Shown here piece after piece: positions 46,533 through 56,653 of a DNA stretch of 64,000 nt. A program made the translations under genes and the position numbers. Under the pieces are notes generated by a model, which had not been told where the DNA came from, made no database searches, and saw nothing but the letters and a program-made list of their open reading frames with translations. The stretch's first letter is position 1; each line of letters opens with the position of its first letter. Origin of the DNA: Candidatus Daviesbacteria bacterium (GTDB taxonomy: Bacteria; Patescibacteriota; Microgenomatia; Daviesbacterales; UBA10151); assembly GCA_030699125.1 (NCBI GenBank), contig JAUYKM010000009.1, positions 6,358-70,357 of the forward strand, given 5' to 3'.

Positions 46533-49199
46533 ATGAAAAAAACAAAAACCAGACAAAACAAACCAATCTTACAAATTATGGCCATGCCAAAAAGGTTTGG
46601 CAGGAAAAAAACTAATGGTGAACATAAAACTAATGGTCACGGGGTAGACGGCAGAGGATTTGAAGACAGATTCATTCCCAGGTATAAAAAAATGCCCCCA
46701 GTGCCCAAAGATTTGCCTGTTCCTACTTTTTCCGAATCATCCAATAAAATTTTACAGGAGAGATATCTTCTTAAAGGCGGGGATCTTAAGGTGGTAGAGA
46801 GTATCTCTGATCGGTTTTGGCATATTGCCTATGATATTGCCTCGGGAGATTTTGATTTTGGCTATAGTGAGAGTGAAGTTTATAAAAATGCTTTGGAATT
46901 TTATACCATGATGGTCAGGCAACAGTTCCTGCCCAATTCCCCCACCATTATGAATGCAGGTAAACAAAATGGTCTGCAGTATTCTGCCTGTTTTGTACTT
47001 CCGGTGGGAGATTCTTTACCGGAAATTTTCGATTCAGTAAAGTACGCAGCATTAATCCACCAGACAGGCGGTGGAACCGGATTTGCCTTTTCCCGCCTTA
47101 GACCTGCTGGCTCAGTAGTCCGCACCACCGGCGGAGTGGCTTCCGGGCCGGTATCTTTTTTACGGGTCTTTAATGCTGCCACTGAATCTATCAAACAGGG
47201 CGGTACCAGGAGAGGTGCTAATATGGGGATTTTAAGAATTGATCATCCTGATATTCTGGAATTTATCAGATGCAAAGCAGAGTTGGATGATATGAATAGG
47301 CCGGTTTTTGAAAAAATTGCTCCGCTTTTGCCTGATGATAAGGCCAAAAAATATTTTAAAACCATGCTTTTAGATAAGCAGATCTCCAACTTTAATATCT
47401 CCTGTGCAGTTACAGAAAAATTTATGGAGGCTTTGGAGGCAGGCGAAAATTATGACTTGATCGATCCTCACTCAGGCGAGGTGGTGGGGCAATTAAATGC
47501 CAAAGAGGTTTTTGATGAAATAGTGGAGAGAGCCTGGTCTACCGGTGATCCGGGATTAATTTTTATAGACAGAATTAATGATTCTCCGGCCAATCCGGTG
47601 CCCAAATTAGAAACTATTGAGAGTACCAATCCTTGTGGCGAGCAGCCTTTGGCTCCCTGGGATGCCTGTAATTTGGGTTCCGTTAATTTAGGTAAGTTTG
47701 TCCGCCAGCTGGCGGATGGCAGCTCTGATGTGGACTGGGAGGGATTGAAAGAGGTAACTCGCAAAGCAGTTCACTTTTTAGATAATGTAGTTCAGACCAA
47801 CCCTTATACTTTAAAACAAATTTATGATGAAGTTCACCAAAATAGGAGGATTGGTTTGGGGGTGATGGGTTGGGCAGATATGCTTTTCAAGCTGAAAATT
47901 CCCTATAATTCTGATCAGGCTTTGGAGTTGGCAGAAAAGGTGATGAGTTTTATCAACAATGAGGGTCACAAAATGTCAGAGGAGCTTTCGAAAGAAAAAG
48001 GATCTTTCCCTAGTTGGGCCAACTCAATTTATGCAGATTCTAAATCTTCTGCCTTTAAAAATAGAGCTTCTGTGTATGCTTATCAGGGGGGAAAACCGAT
48101 TAGAAATTCCACTGTCACCACCATTGCTCCTACCGGTACTATCTCCATTATCGGAGATTGTTCATCCGGAATTGAGCCTGTTTTTGCTCTTGCCTATATT
48201 CATAGGGCAAAATCAGTGGGGGATCAGTACAGGGTTTTGACCATTGCCAATGAGACTTTTGAGGAGATTGCCAAAGAAAAGGGTTTTTATTCTCCAGATT
48301 TGGCCCAAAAAGTTTTAGAACACGGTTCTGTAACAGGGTTATCGGAGGTGCCGGATGAGTGGCAAAAAGTTTTTATTACTGCACCGGAGATTGACCCGAT
48401 CACACATGTTAAAATGCAAGCCATCTTTCAAAAACATACAGATAATGGAGTCTCTAAAACTATTAATCTGCCTAACTCTTCTACGGTTGATGACGTGAGA
48501 ACTGCTTATTTGATGTCTTATCAGACCGGCTGTAATGGTATCACCATCTATAGGGATGGTTCCAAAAGTACCCAAGTTTTAAATGTCTCATCTACTTTGG
48601 AAAAGAAACAGACGGAGGAGTCAGCAGAAGCGGCACCAATTGCCCAAAGGCCCATGATACTTCGGGGCAGAACTTATAAAGTGGCAACACCTGTGGGTGA
48701 GGCGTATATTACCATTAACAGAGATGAAAACGAACAGCCCTTTGAAGTCTTTGTGACTGTGGGTAAGGGCGGGATGCATACTATGGCAGATGCGGAAGCC
48801 ATGGGAAGACTGGTTTCTCTTTCTTTAAGGCTAGGTAGAAATGGCGGATCAACTGATCCTCGGGAGGTGGCTCAAAAGATTGCTTCTCAGCTGAAAGGAA
48901 TTGGCGGAGCTTCATCTGTAGGATTTGGGAAAAATAGGGTGATGAGTTTGGCTGATGCTATTGCTAAGGTGTTGGCTGAGGATTTGGCAGTTTCTGCTGA
49001 TGTAGAAGTGGTGGAACAAGTGCCCTTAAATCTGACTAATGGAGAAGCCAAAGAGGTTAATTCTGAGTCTGTTTCTGATCCGGCTACCAATTACCAACTA
49101 GCTACTAATGTAGATTTATGTCCGGAGTGCGGTTCAGCCTCATTTGTGATGGAAGAAGGCTGTAAAAAATGCCACTCCTGCGGATATTCCATGTGTTAG
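46533..49199 (+). CDS. nrdJ: class II (adenosylcobalamin-dependent) ribonucleotide reductase
   Basis: PNSPT, SACFV, QGGTRRGANMG, TNPCGEQPL, IAPTGTIS, SKTIN and a C-terminal Cys ribbon; start probably ATG 46533 or 46558. Confidence 0.93.
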   Translation: MKKTKTRQNKPILQIMAMPKRFGRKKTNGEHKTNGHGVDGRGFEDRFIPRYKKMPPVPKDLPVPTFSESSNKILQERYLLKGGDLKVVESISDRFWHIAYDIASGDFDFGYSESEVYKNALEFYTMMVRQQFLPNSPTIMNAGKQNGLQYSACFVLPVGDSLPEIFDSVKYAALIHQTGGGTGFAFSRLRPAGSVVRTTGGVASGPVSFLRVFNAATESIKQGGTRRGANMGILRIDHPDILEFIRCKAELDDMNRPVFEKIAPLLPDDKAKKYFKTMLLDKQISNFNISCAVTEKFMEALEAGENYDLIDPHSGEVVGQLNAKEVFDEIVERAWSTGDPGLIFIDRINDSPANPVPKLETIESTNPCGEQPLAPWDACNLGSVNLGKFVRQLADGSSDVDWEGLKEVTRKAVHFLDNVVQTNPYTLKQIYDEVHQNRRIGLGVMGWADMLFKLKIPYNSDQALELAEKVMSFINNEGHKMSEELSKEKGSFPSWANSIYADSKSSAFKNRASVYAYQGGKPIRNSTVTTIAPTGTISIIGDCSSGIEPVFALAYIHRAKSVGDQYRVLTIANETFEEIAKEKGFYSPDLAQKVLEHGSVTGLSEVPDEWQKVFITAPEIDPITHVKMQAIFQKHTDNGVSKTINLPNSSTVDDVRTAYLMSYQTGCNGITIYRDGSKSTQVLNVSSTLEKKQTEESAEAAPIAQRPMILRGRTYKVATPVGEAYITINRDENEQPFEVFVTVGKGGMHTMADAEAMGRLVSLSLRLGRNGGSTDPREVAQKIASQLKGIGGASSVGFGKNRVMSLADAIAKVLAEDLAVSADVEVVEQVPLNLTNGEAKEVNSESVSDPATNYQLATNVDLCPECGSASFVMEEGCKKCHSCGYSMC

Positions 49200-49288
49200 T
49201 TTCTCTTATATCATTCAAAATATGAAAAAAAATAATTACCTGTTATGAATTTCAAAATAATGTAAGTGATTCTATATGGAAGTTCTCA

Positions 49289-49618
49289 ATGAGTTCCCCA
49301 ATCCCAGAAATCTCAACCCCTGAAGCTACGGTTTTTTACGCATGGAAAGGAAATTCAGATACATCTCAAACTGATGTTACAGATGTTACTGTAGTTCGTT
49401 GTAGGGTCGATAATGATCCAAAACCACTTAACTTTGATATGTGGACGGTTAGCTCAACGGGGACAGTATCCGTTCTTGAAATCAAAGAGATAGAAAAATC
49501 AGAAATCCCGTATCATTGGATTAATAAAATTCCAGATGTATTGGAAAACGATGCTCCTCAATGGGTTAAAGATGTGATAGAAGAAAAACTTAATTTATTG
49601 AGAAAGATTAAAAAATAA
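49289..49618 (+). CDS. hypothetical protein
   Basis: 109-aa ORF. Confidence 0.6.
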   Translation: MSSPIPEISTPEATVFYAWKGNSDTSQTDVTDVTVVRCRVDNDPKPLNFDMWTVSSTGTVSVLEIKEIEKSEIPYHWINKIPDVLENDAPQWVKDVIEEKLNLLRKIKK

Positions 49619-49736
49619 AAATACCTGCTGATTTATATGTTAAAATCTTCTCGTGGATTCTAAAAAAGGATTAATGATTATATCTATTGATGAAGAGAAG
49701 AGGAAGATAACGGTTGTTTGAGCCTTAAGAAAACCA

Positions 49737-49785
49737 AATATCCGCAGGTGTCAATACAGATACACCCCAAGGGTGTACATACAAT
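49737..49785. repeat. 49-bp direct repeat, copy 1, flanking the RAYT gene
   Basis: 47/49 identical to 50460-50508; contains hairpin tacaccc-caa-gggtgta. Confidence 0.92.
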
Positions 49786-49792
49786 ATAAACT

Positions 49793-50440
49793 TTACTCCT
49801 CCTCCAACAACTGATGTTTTATTAGTTCTAACTTTTGGGCGTATTCCACACGTTCAAGAACAAATTCCTTATAATCTTCGGGGGATTTAAAAAAATTTAG
49901 GATTTCTTCTTTAGCGCAAAAGCCATCTTTTACCAGTCCAACATATTCCGGATATGAAGACCAACGATAATCTTTTAAATCCTTCACTAGAAGTGATGCA
50001 ATCGGGTTTAAGTGAATATAACGTGAGACATGAATTAACTGTTCATCAGATTCAATTAAAACAGCTTTGAATTCCCCCTGTAATAAAGGCCCAACTCTTC
50101 TGTACTTAACATTGTAGTATTTGGTATAGCTATTGCTAAGTTTACTGATAAATTCAGTAATTCCGCCATCTTTAAGTTGTCTAATAAGAAGATGGAAATG
50201 GTTTGGCATTAGACAATAGCAGATAATGTCCACGATTTTTTTGTTTGAATCGGGTTTAATAATAGAATTTGGTGAGAATCTGGAGAATCTTGGCTTGGGT
50301 CCTAATAATTGGTAATAGGTGATCGTCTTAATAAATCTTGAATAATCCCAATTTTTTTCAAATATTCTTCTTTTCTCTACACCTCGGTTATAAATATGGT
50401 AAAAATGACCGTTAACAAATGGAAAAATTCTGGAAGGCAT
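49793..50440 (-). mobile_element. REP-associated tyrosine transposase-like (Y1 HUH) gene
   Basis: YHIYNRG, CLMPNHFH, GPLLQGEFK, YIHLNP and YRWSSY motifs. Confidence 0.92.
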
Positions 50441-50459
50441 TTGAACCTATCGTACTCTC

Positions 50460-50508
50460 AATATCCGCAGGTGTCAATACAAAAACACCCCAAGGGTGTA
50501 CATACAAT
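50460..50508. repeat. 49-bp direct repeat, copy 2
   Basis: aatatccgcaggtgtcaatacaaaaacaccccaagggtgtacatacaat. Confidence 0.92.
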
Positions 50509-50536
50509 GTCAGATAAGGTTTGTTAGAATGGGCAC

Positions 50537-51079
50537 ATGAGTGACATCAATGAAGATCAGGGGTTGGTTATTTTATATACCGGGGAAGGGAAGGGGAAGA
50601 CTACGGCGGCGTTGGGTTTGGTTTTGCGGGCCACCGGATACGGCAGGAAGTGTTTAATTATCCAGTTTGGCAAGATTTGGTTTACGGGGGAAATCTCTGG
50701 AATAAAAAAATTAGAGCCTTTGGTAAAAATAATTCAGGGAGGTAAGGGATTTGTTAAGATTTTAGGGGATAAATTACCTCTTTCTGAGCACAAAAAAGCT
50801 GCCAAAGAAACCTTTGAACTGCTGCAAAAAGAAATGACATCAGGTAAGTGGGATGTGATAGTGGCAGATGAAATTGTGGGAGCTGTTTCCTCTGGTTTAC
50901 TGCCAATTAGCAAAGTGATAAGATTAATTAAGGAAAGATTGGAAGGATTAGATCTGGTTTTAACCGGTCACCATGCTCCTAAAAAATTAATTGATCTAGC
51001 TGACTTGGTTACTGAGATGAAACCGATCAAACACCCTTTTGAGAAGGGAATTTTAGCAAAACAGGGTATTGACTTTTAG
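50537..51079 (+). CDS. ATP:corrinoid adenosyltransferase (CobA/CobO/BtuR family)
   Basis: YTGEGKGKTTAALG, DEI, VLTG and ADLVTEM..IKHPF motifs. Confidence 0.92.
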   Translation: MSDINEDQGLVILYTGEGKGKTTAALGLVLRATGYGRKCLIIQFGKIWFTGEISGIKKLEPLVKIIQGGKGFVKILGDKLPLSEHKKAAKETFELLQKEMTSGKWDVIVADEIVGAVSSGLLPISKVIRLIKERLEGLDLVLTGHHAPKKLIDLADLVTEMKPIKHPFEKGILAKQGIDF

Positions 51080-51102
51080 CACTCGCTGTGATACTCTGCT
51101 AA
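51076..51102 (+). promoter_or_regulatory. CIRCE-like (HrcA) operator before lon
   Basis: TTAGCACTC-N9-ctcTGCTAA; left arm perfect, right arm 6/9. Confidence 0.6.
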
Positions 51103-51108
51103 ATTATA

Positions 51109-53577
51109 ATGACTGATTTTATTAAACCATCATTATCTTCACAATCGCCGATTAAGCTCAAACCAACCATGGCCGTGGGGCCTTTAAGGGATACAGTAAT
51201 TTTTCCTGGCAATTCCGTACCAATTATTTCCGGCAGACCTAAGTCCAAAGCTGCCCTGGATGCTTCTTGGAATTCTGATAAATTGATTGTTTTTGTCACT
51301 CAAAAAAATTCCAAAATTGAGGATCCCAGCGAAAAAGATTTATATAAAGTAGGCACAGTCTGTTTGATCAGGAGAGTGGTAAAAAATCCGGAGGGTGAAT
51401 ATACCCTTCAGGCAGAAGGATTATCCCGAGTTTATTTAAAATCCTTTACCCAGACCCAAGCCTATCTTGAGGCAGAAATTGAGGAGATCCCCGAGCTTTA
51501 CGAAAGATCAGAACAAACAGAGGCCCAGGTTCGAACAGTCAAAGAACAAGTTAAAAGATATCTGGAGCTTGGCGGCAATCCCTTCTTTGATCAGAGTGCT
51601 TTTACCAACTGGTCCATCTTTACCTACACAGATGATCCCAACCAGCTGGTTAACTCAGTTGCGCAAGTAATTGATTTTAAAACCATAGATAAGCAGCAGA
51701 TTTTGGAAATGGTATCTGCGCAGGAGAGACTACAAAGATTATCCGAGCTTTTAGCCAAAGAAATTAGAGTGATGGAGATTTCCCAAAAAATTTCTTCTCA
51801 AACTAACGAGAGAGTTTCCCGTATGACCAAAGAGGCTATTTTGAGAGAACAGATGAAAAGCATTGAAGAAGAGTTAGGGGAAGGATCAGAAAATCAGGAG
51901 ATTCACGAATTTGAGTCAAAAATTAAAAAGAGCGGCATGCCAAAAGAGGTGGCGGAACGGGCCAAGAAAGAGCTATCCAGATTAGCCAAGATGTCATCTT
52001 ATAATCCTGAGGCAGGCTACATTAGAAATTATCTGGAATGGTTGACTGATTTAGTTTGGAAAATGGGGAAAAAGGCCAAAATTAATCTTAAAATTGCTGA
52101 AAATATCTTAGATGAAGACCATTATGGATTAAAAAAAGTTAAGGAAAGGATTCTGGAGTATCTGGCTGTTCATAAACTGGCAGGCAAAATGAGAGGACCA
52201 ATCCTTTGTTTTGTGGGACCCCCAGGAACAGGGAAAACATCCATTGGTAAATCCATTGCCAGAGCCTTGGGAAGGAAGTTTGTCAAAGTTTCTTTGGGAG
52301 GCATTAGGGATGAGGCGGAAATCCGCGGCCATAGGAGAACTTATGTGGGATCCATGCCAGGCAGAATTATTCAGGGAATAAAACAGGCAGGGGCAGTTAA
52401 TCCGGTTTTTATGCTGGATGAGATTGACAAATTAGGTTTGGATTATCGGGGTGATCCATCAGCCGCATTACTCGAAGCATTGGATCCGGAGCAAAACGAG
52501 GGTTTCTCTGATCACTACCTGGAAGTGCCTTTTGATCTGTCTAACGCCATGTTTATTACCACTGCCAATATTTTAGACACCATCCCTCCAGCTCTAAGAG
52601 ATAGACTTGAGGTAATCAGATATCCGGGTTATACAGAAGACGAGAAATTCCATATTGCTAAAAAGTTTTTAATTCCCAAACAGATTGACAATCATGGATT
52701 AAAAACTAACCAGATTGAGTTTAGCGACGAAGCGATATATTCTGTAATTAGAGAATATACTAGGGAGGCAGGGGTGAGAAATCTGGAAAGAGAGCTTTCT
52801 GCGGTGATGAGAAAAGTGGCCAGAAAAATAGCTGAAGGTAATGGAGAGGCCCGCCTGCCCGCTTCGCCGGAGCTTCAGCGAGGCGAGCCGGACGGGCAGG
52901 TGAAAAAGTTTAATCCGGATGATATTCATAAATTCCTAGGTCCTGTTAAATTCTTACCACAGCTGGCTGAGATTGAAGATACAGTGGGTATGACTACTGG
53001 TTTATCTGTGACAGAAGCAGGGGGAGAGATTTTATTTATTGAGGTGACTCTGATGCCAGGAAAAGGTATCTTGCTTTTAACCGGACAATTAGGTGAGGTT
53101 ATGAAAGAGTCAGGACAGGCTGCTATGTCGTATGTCAGAGCTCACTGGAGAGAGTTGGGATTGTCTGAGAGATTTTTCCATAAGGTAGATGTTCATGTGC
53201 ATGTACCTGAGGGAGCCATCCCCAAAGACGGCCCATCAGCTGGTATTGCTTTAACTACAGCCATTGTTTCTGCTTTCAGTAGAATTCCGGTTCATAAAGA
53301 AGTGGCTATGACCGGGGAAGTGACTTTGCGCGGCAGAGTTTTGGAAATAGGCGGATTTAAAGAGAAAGTTTTGGCTGCTCACAGAGCCGGGGTAAGGGTT
53401 ATCATTGCACCTTCAGATAACCAGAAGGATCTGGAAGATATTCCTGACTTTATACAAAAAGATCTAAGATTTGTTTTTGTTAAACACATGGATGATGTTT
53501 TAAAAGTAGCCTTAATTCATTCTCCCAAGCCAGTCCAGCATAAAACAGTCCCCATCACTCCGGCATACCTGGCCTAA
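51109..53577 (+). CDS. lon: ATP-dependent protease La
   Basis: [20 protein letters not shown] and PKDGPSAG motifs. Confidence 0.97.
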   Translation: MTDFIKPSLSSQSPIKLKPTMAVGPLRDTVIFPGNSVPIISGRPKSKAALDASWNSDKLIVFVTQKNSKIEDPSEKDLYKVGTVCLIRRVVKNPEGEYTLQAEGLSRVYLKSFTQTQAYLEAEIEEIPELYERSEQTEAQVRTVKEQVKRYLELGGNPFFDQSAFTNWSIFTYTDDPNQLVNSVAQVIDFKTIDKQQILEMVSAQERLQRLSELLAKEIRVMEISQKISSQTNERVSRMTKEAILREQMKSIEEELGEGSENQEIHEFESKIKKSGMPKEVAERAKKELSRLAKMSSYNPEAGYIRNYLEWLTDLVWKMGKKAKINLKIAENILDEDHYGLKKVKERILEYLAVHKLAGKMRGPILCFVGPPGTGKTSIGKSIARALGRKFVKVSLGGIRDEAEIRGHRRTYVGSMPGRIIQGIKQAGAVNPVFMLDEIDKLGLDYRGDPSAALLEALDPEQNEGFSDHYLEVPFDLSNAMFITTANILDTIPPALRDRLEVIRYPGYTEDEKFHIAKKFLIPKQIDNHGLKTNQIEFSDEAIYSVIREYTREAGVRNLERELSAVMRKVARKIAEGNGEARLPASPELQRGEPDGQVKKFNPDDIHKFLGPVKFLPQLAEIEDTVGMTTGLSVTEAGGEILFIEVTLMPGKGILLLTGQLGEVMKESGQAAMSYVRAHWRELGLSERFFHKVDVHVHVPEGAIPKDGPSAGIALTTAIVSAFSRIPVHKEVAMTGEVTLRGRVLEIGGFKEKVLAAHRAGVRVIIAPSDNQKDLEDIPDFIQKDLRFVFVKHMDDVLKVALIHSPKPVQHKTVPITPAYLA
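52849..52900 (+). repeat. nested GC-rich palindromic insertion in-frame in lon
   Basis: gcccgcctg[cccgcttcgccggagcttcagcgaggcgag]ccggacgggcagg encodes [17 protein letters not shown]. Confidence 0.85.
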
Positions 53578-53640
53578 AGCCGCTCTTGACTAAGTGAGGG
53601 AGGGTATTGTAAATTCTAATGAGCTGCCGCCAATTTTTTC

Positions 53641-55653
53641 ATGGATTTTATTATAAGTAACACATTAAATATTATCTGGGCCTCTGTTTTGGCAGCTATT
53701 GTTTATGGAGTCTGGTTAATTGTCAATGTTTTAAACAAAGATGCCGGAGATGAAAAAATGCAGGAGATTGCCTCCGCCATCCAGATTGGGGCAGCAGCCT
53801 ATTTAAGAAGACAATATCTGGTGGTTTCAGTGGTGGCGGCAGTCATGGCAGGTTTAATTTATTACACTCTGGGTCAAAATACAGCCTTAGGTTTTTTAAT
53901 TGGGGCTGTCTTTTCAGCTTTAGCTGGTTTTATCGGCATGAGTATCGCTGTCAGAGCAAATGTGCGGGTGGCTGAGGAGGCAAAAAAAGGGTTATCAGAA
54001 GCTTTTGATCTAGCTTACAAAGGTGGAGCAGTGACAGGATTTTTAGTGGTGGGATTGGCTTTGGCCTCTGTTGTTGGTTTTTACCAATGGAGTGGTGGGG
54101 ATGTTAAAGCTTTGGTGGGATTAGGCTTTGGCGGATCTTTAATTTCTGTTTTTGCCAGACTTGGCGGAGGAATATTTACCAAGGGGGCTGATGTGGGAGC
54201 AGATTTAGTGGGGAAGCTCGAAGCAGGAATACCGGAAGATGATCCCAGAAATCCGGCAGTGATTGCCGATAATGTCGGTGATAATGTGGGCGATGATGCT
54301 GGTATGGCCGCTGATATCTTTGAAACTTATGTGGTGACAGCCATTGCCGCCATTATCCTGGGCCAATTACTTTTTCCGGCGTATGAGAAGATTCTGACTT
54401 TTCCACTCATGATTATGTCAGCAGGCATTTTTGCTTCAATTGGAGGTTCTTTTTTCGTCAAGCTGTCGCTCTCCAATAAAAATATCATGTCTGCCCTTTA
54501 TAAAGGTTTAATTGCCACGGCCATATTTTGCGCTATACTTTTCTACCCCATTACCCAATATATAGTGGGTGATAACGGACTTTATGGGGTAATTAATCTA
54601 TATCTTGCTCAATTGGTGGGGGTAGTGGTGACAGCTGGGATGGTTTTAATTACTGAATACTATACTGGTACTAAATATGCGCCTGTTGTCAATTTGGCTA
54701 TTTCCTCCAAAACCGGTCATGCTACCAATATAATTTCCGGTTTGGCACTTTCCATGCGCTCCACTTTTTGGCCGGTGCTGCTGATTGCTGCAGCAATACT
54801 GATTAGTTTTGCATTGGCCCAGCTTTATGGAGTGGCACTGGCTGTAGTGACTATGCTTTCTTTGGCAGGGATGGTAGTGGCAATTGATGCGTTTGGACCG
54901 ATCACTGATAATGCCGGCGGGATTGCCGAGATGGCAAATTTGCCTGCTAAAGTTCGTGCCGTTACTGATCCTTTGGATGCTGTAGGAAATACCACCAAAG
55001 CTGTAACCAAAGGATATGCCATTGCCTCAGCAGCTCTGGCTGCGATAGTATTATTTGCTGTATACGCTCAGGAGTTCTCTGCATTTGGACGACCACTGCA
55101 ATTTTCTTTATCGGATCCAATGGTTTTGGTGGGGCTATTTATTGGAGGAGCTTTACCTTACCTTTTTGGCTCTTTTGCCATGGAGGCTGTGGGAAGAGCA
55201 GGCGGAGCAGTGGTAGAGGAGGTAAGGCGTCAGTTTAAAACAATCAAAGGAATTATGGAGGGAACAGCCAAGCCGGATTATGCCAAATGTGTGGAAATTG
55301 TTACAGCCTCCGCTCAAAAAGAGATGTTTATTCCTGCTTTAATTCCGGTTTTGGCTCCAATTCTGGTGGGATTTTTATTGGGACCGGTGGCACTGGGTGG
55401 AATGCTGGTTGGTTCTATTGTGACAGGAATATTTGTGGCCATTTCCATGACCACCGGAGGAGCAGCCTGGGATAATGCCAAAAAGTATATTGAGAGCGGT
55501 AAGTTTGGCGGTAAAGGTTCTGAGGCTCACAAAGCGGCAGTAACCGGAGATACTGTGGGAGATCCGTACAAAGATACTGTTGGTCCCGCCATTAATCCCA
55601 TGATTAAAGTAGTTAATATTGTTGCTTTACTTTTAGTGCCTTTTTTAAGATAA
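53641..55653 (+). CDS. hppA: membrane-bound pyrophosphatase, K+-independent H+ pump type
   Basis: [19 protein letters not shown] and GNTTKA (Lys marks the K+-independent class). Confidence 0.95.
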   Translation: MDFIISNTLNIIWASVLAAIVYGVWLIVNVLNKDAGDEKMQEIASAIQIGAAAYLRRQYLVVSVVAAVMAGLIYYTLGQNTALGFLIGAVFSALAGFIGMSIAVRANVRVAEEAKKGLSEAFDLAYKGGAVTGFLVVGLALASVVGFYQWSGGDVKALVGLGFGGSLISVFARLGGGIFTKGADVGADLVGKLEAGIPEDDPRNPAVIADNVGDNVGDDAGMAADIFETYVVTAIAAIILGQLLFPAYEKILTFPLMIMSAGIFASIGGSFFVKLSLSNKNIMSALYKGLIATAIFCAILFYPITQYIVGDNGLYGVINLYLAQLVGVVVTAGMVLITEYYTGTKYAPVVNLAISSKTGHATNIISGLALSMRSTFWPVLLIAAAILISFALAQLYGVALAVVTMLSLAGMVVAIDAFGPITDNAGGIAEMANLPAKVRAVTDPLDAVGNTTKAVTKGYAIASAALAAIVLFAVYAQEFSAFGRPLQFSLSDPMVLVGLFIGGALPYLFGSFAMEAVGRAGGAVVEEVRRQFKTIKGIMEGTAKPDYAKCVEIVTASAQKEMFIPALIPVLAPILVGFLLGPVALGGMLVGSIVTGIFVAISMTTGGAAWDNAKKYIESGKFGGKGSEAHKAAVTGDTVGDPYKDTVGPAINPMIKVVNIVALLLVPFLR

Positions 55654-55662
55654 TACCTAACT

Positions 55663-56031
55663 ATGGGTGAGCGTTTGCATGATTTTTATCAACAACCAGA
55701 ATATCGGGCATATATGTTAAGGGATGAAAGATTTTTCACAGGTGAGGTTGGGTCAGTAGATCTTGAAGGATTAGATTTGAGAAGTCCTTGGGAAAAAGAT
55801 TGGGAGGAATATAACAAGCCAGTAAGACAGTCGGTAGAAGAATTGTTGGATGATGGGCAAGATTTGATGACTATGACTGAAGCAGAAGTTGATCAAGTTT
55901 ATGAGCAAGTCTTAGCTAGAAGATTAGAAATTGGTCATAGACTCTTTCCTTTTGCAAGTCCAGAAGATTTAGGAAGAAGAGCTACTACTCCTGGTGTCAT
56001 TGCGAGGAACTTTAGTTCCGAAGCAATCTAG
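55663..56031 (+). CDS. hypothetical protein whose C-terminus comes from a palindromic element
   Basis: Ends VIARNFSSEAI*, inside the repeat starting at 55995. Confidence 0.6.
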   Translation: MGERLHDFYQQPEYRAYMLRDERFFTGEVGSVDLEGLDLRSPWEKDWEEYNKPVRQSVEELLDDGQDLMTMTEAEVDQVYEQVLARRLEIGHRLFPFASPEDLGRRATTPGVIARNFSSEAI

Positions 56032-56199
56032 AGCCTATTTCAAAACTGTCATTCCCGCGTATGCGGGAATCCAATTAACAGATTTTATTAAATGGATCCC
56101 TGCCTTCGCAGGGATGACAAAAGAGGTTTTGAAATGACTCCTAGATAATGGAGTGATATATTACATGAAATAGATTGCTTCGCTACGCTCGCAATGACA
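55995..56199. repeat. three-layer nested palindromic element cluster
   Basis: Outer tgtcattgcgag/ctcgcaatgaca; middle ctag..atttcaaaac/gttttgaaat..ctag; inner tgtcattccc../..gggatgaca. Confidence 0.88.
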
Positions 56200-56205
56200 A
56201 AAAGA

Positions 56206-56619
56206 TTATTGTGCTGGATTCTGAGGAGGAATGGGTTGGCCGCCGGAGAGGGCGGTTTTTACCTCTGCTACTACTTGTTCCGGGGTATAGGATGCTTTTA
56301 TTAGATAAGCTTGGGCTCCTAACTCAAACCCTTCTTTAATAACCTCTTCCTGTCCTAAATTGGTTAAAAGTATAGTAATCATACGGGAGTTAGGATTTTG
56401 AGTTTTAAATTCCCTAAGAACCTGTAATCCATTCATGCCGGGAAGCATAATATCCAAAAGCAAAAGATCAAAGATTTGATTTTTCAGCTGATTAATCCCT
56501 TCCTGACCATCTGCTGCCACCGCTACTTCATATCCCTCTCTGGTAAGTTGTCTTTGATATAAATCTCTGATGAACGCTTCATCCTCTACCAATAAGATTT
56601 TCTTTTTCTGTGGATTCAT
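56206..56619 (-). CDS. single-domain response regulator
   Basis: LLVEDE, LLDIMLPGMNG and LIK motifs. Confidence 0.93.
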   Translation of the reverse strand: MNPQKKKILLVEDEAFIRDLYQRQLTREGYEVAVAADGQEGINQLKNQIFDLLLLDIMLPGMNGLQVLREFKTQNPNSRMITILLTNLGQEEVIKEGFELGAQAYLIKASYTPEQVVAEVKTALSGGQPIPPQNPAQ

Positions 56620-56653
56620 TTGTTTTTAAATTGTAACAGAAAGTTTTCATCTT

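Noticed and set aside
48030-48090. Possible insertion in nrdJ (DSKSSAFKNRASVYAYQ)
   Set aside because: No palindrome, repeat match or intein signature visible; may be an ordinary variable loop.
49737-50508. 49-bp direct repeats as a CRISPR array
   Set aside because: Only two copies, separated by a whole gene; no cas genes in the window.
55995-56199. Repeat cluster as CRISPR or a tRNA
   Set aside because: The repeats are inverted and nested, with no regular spacers and no cloverleaf.
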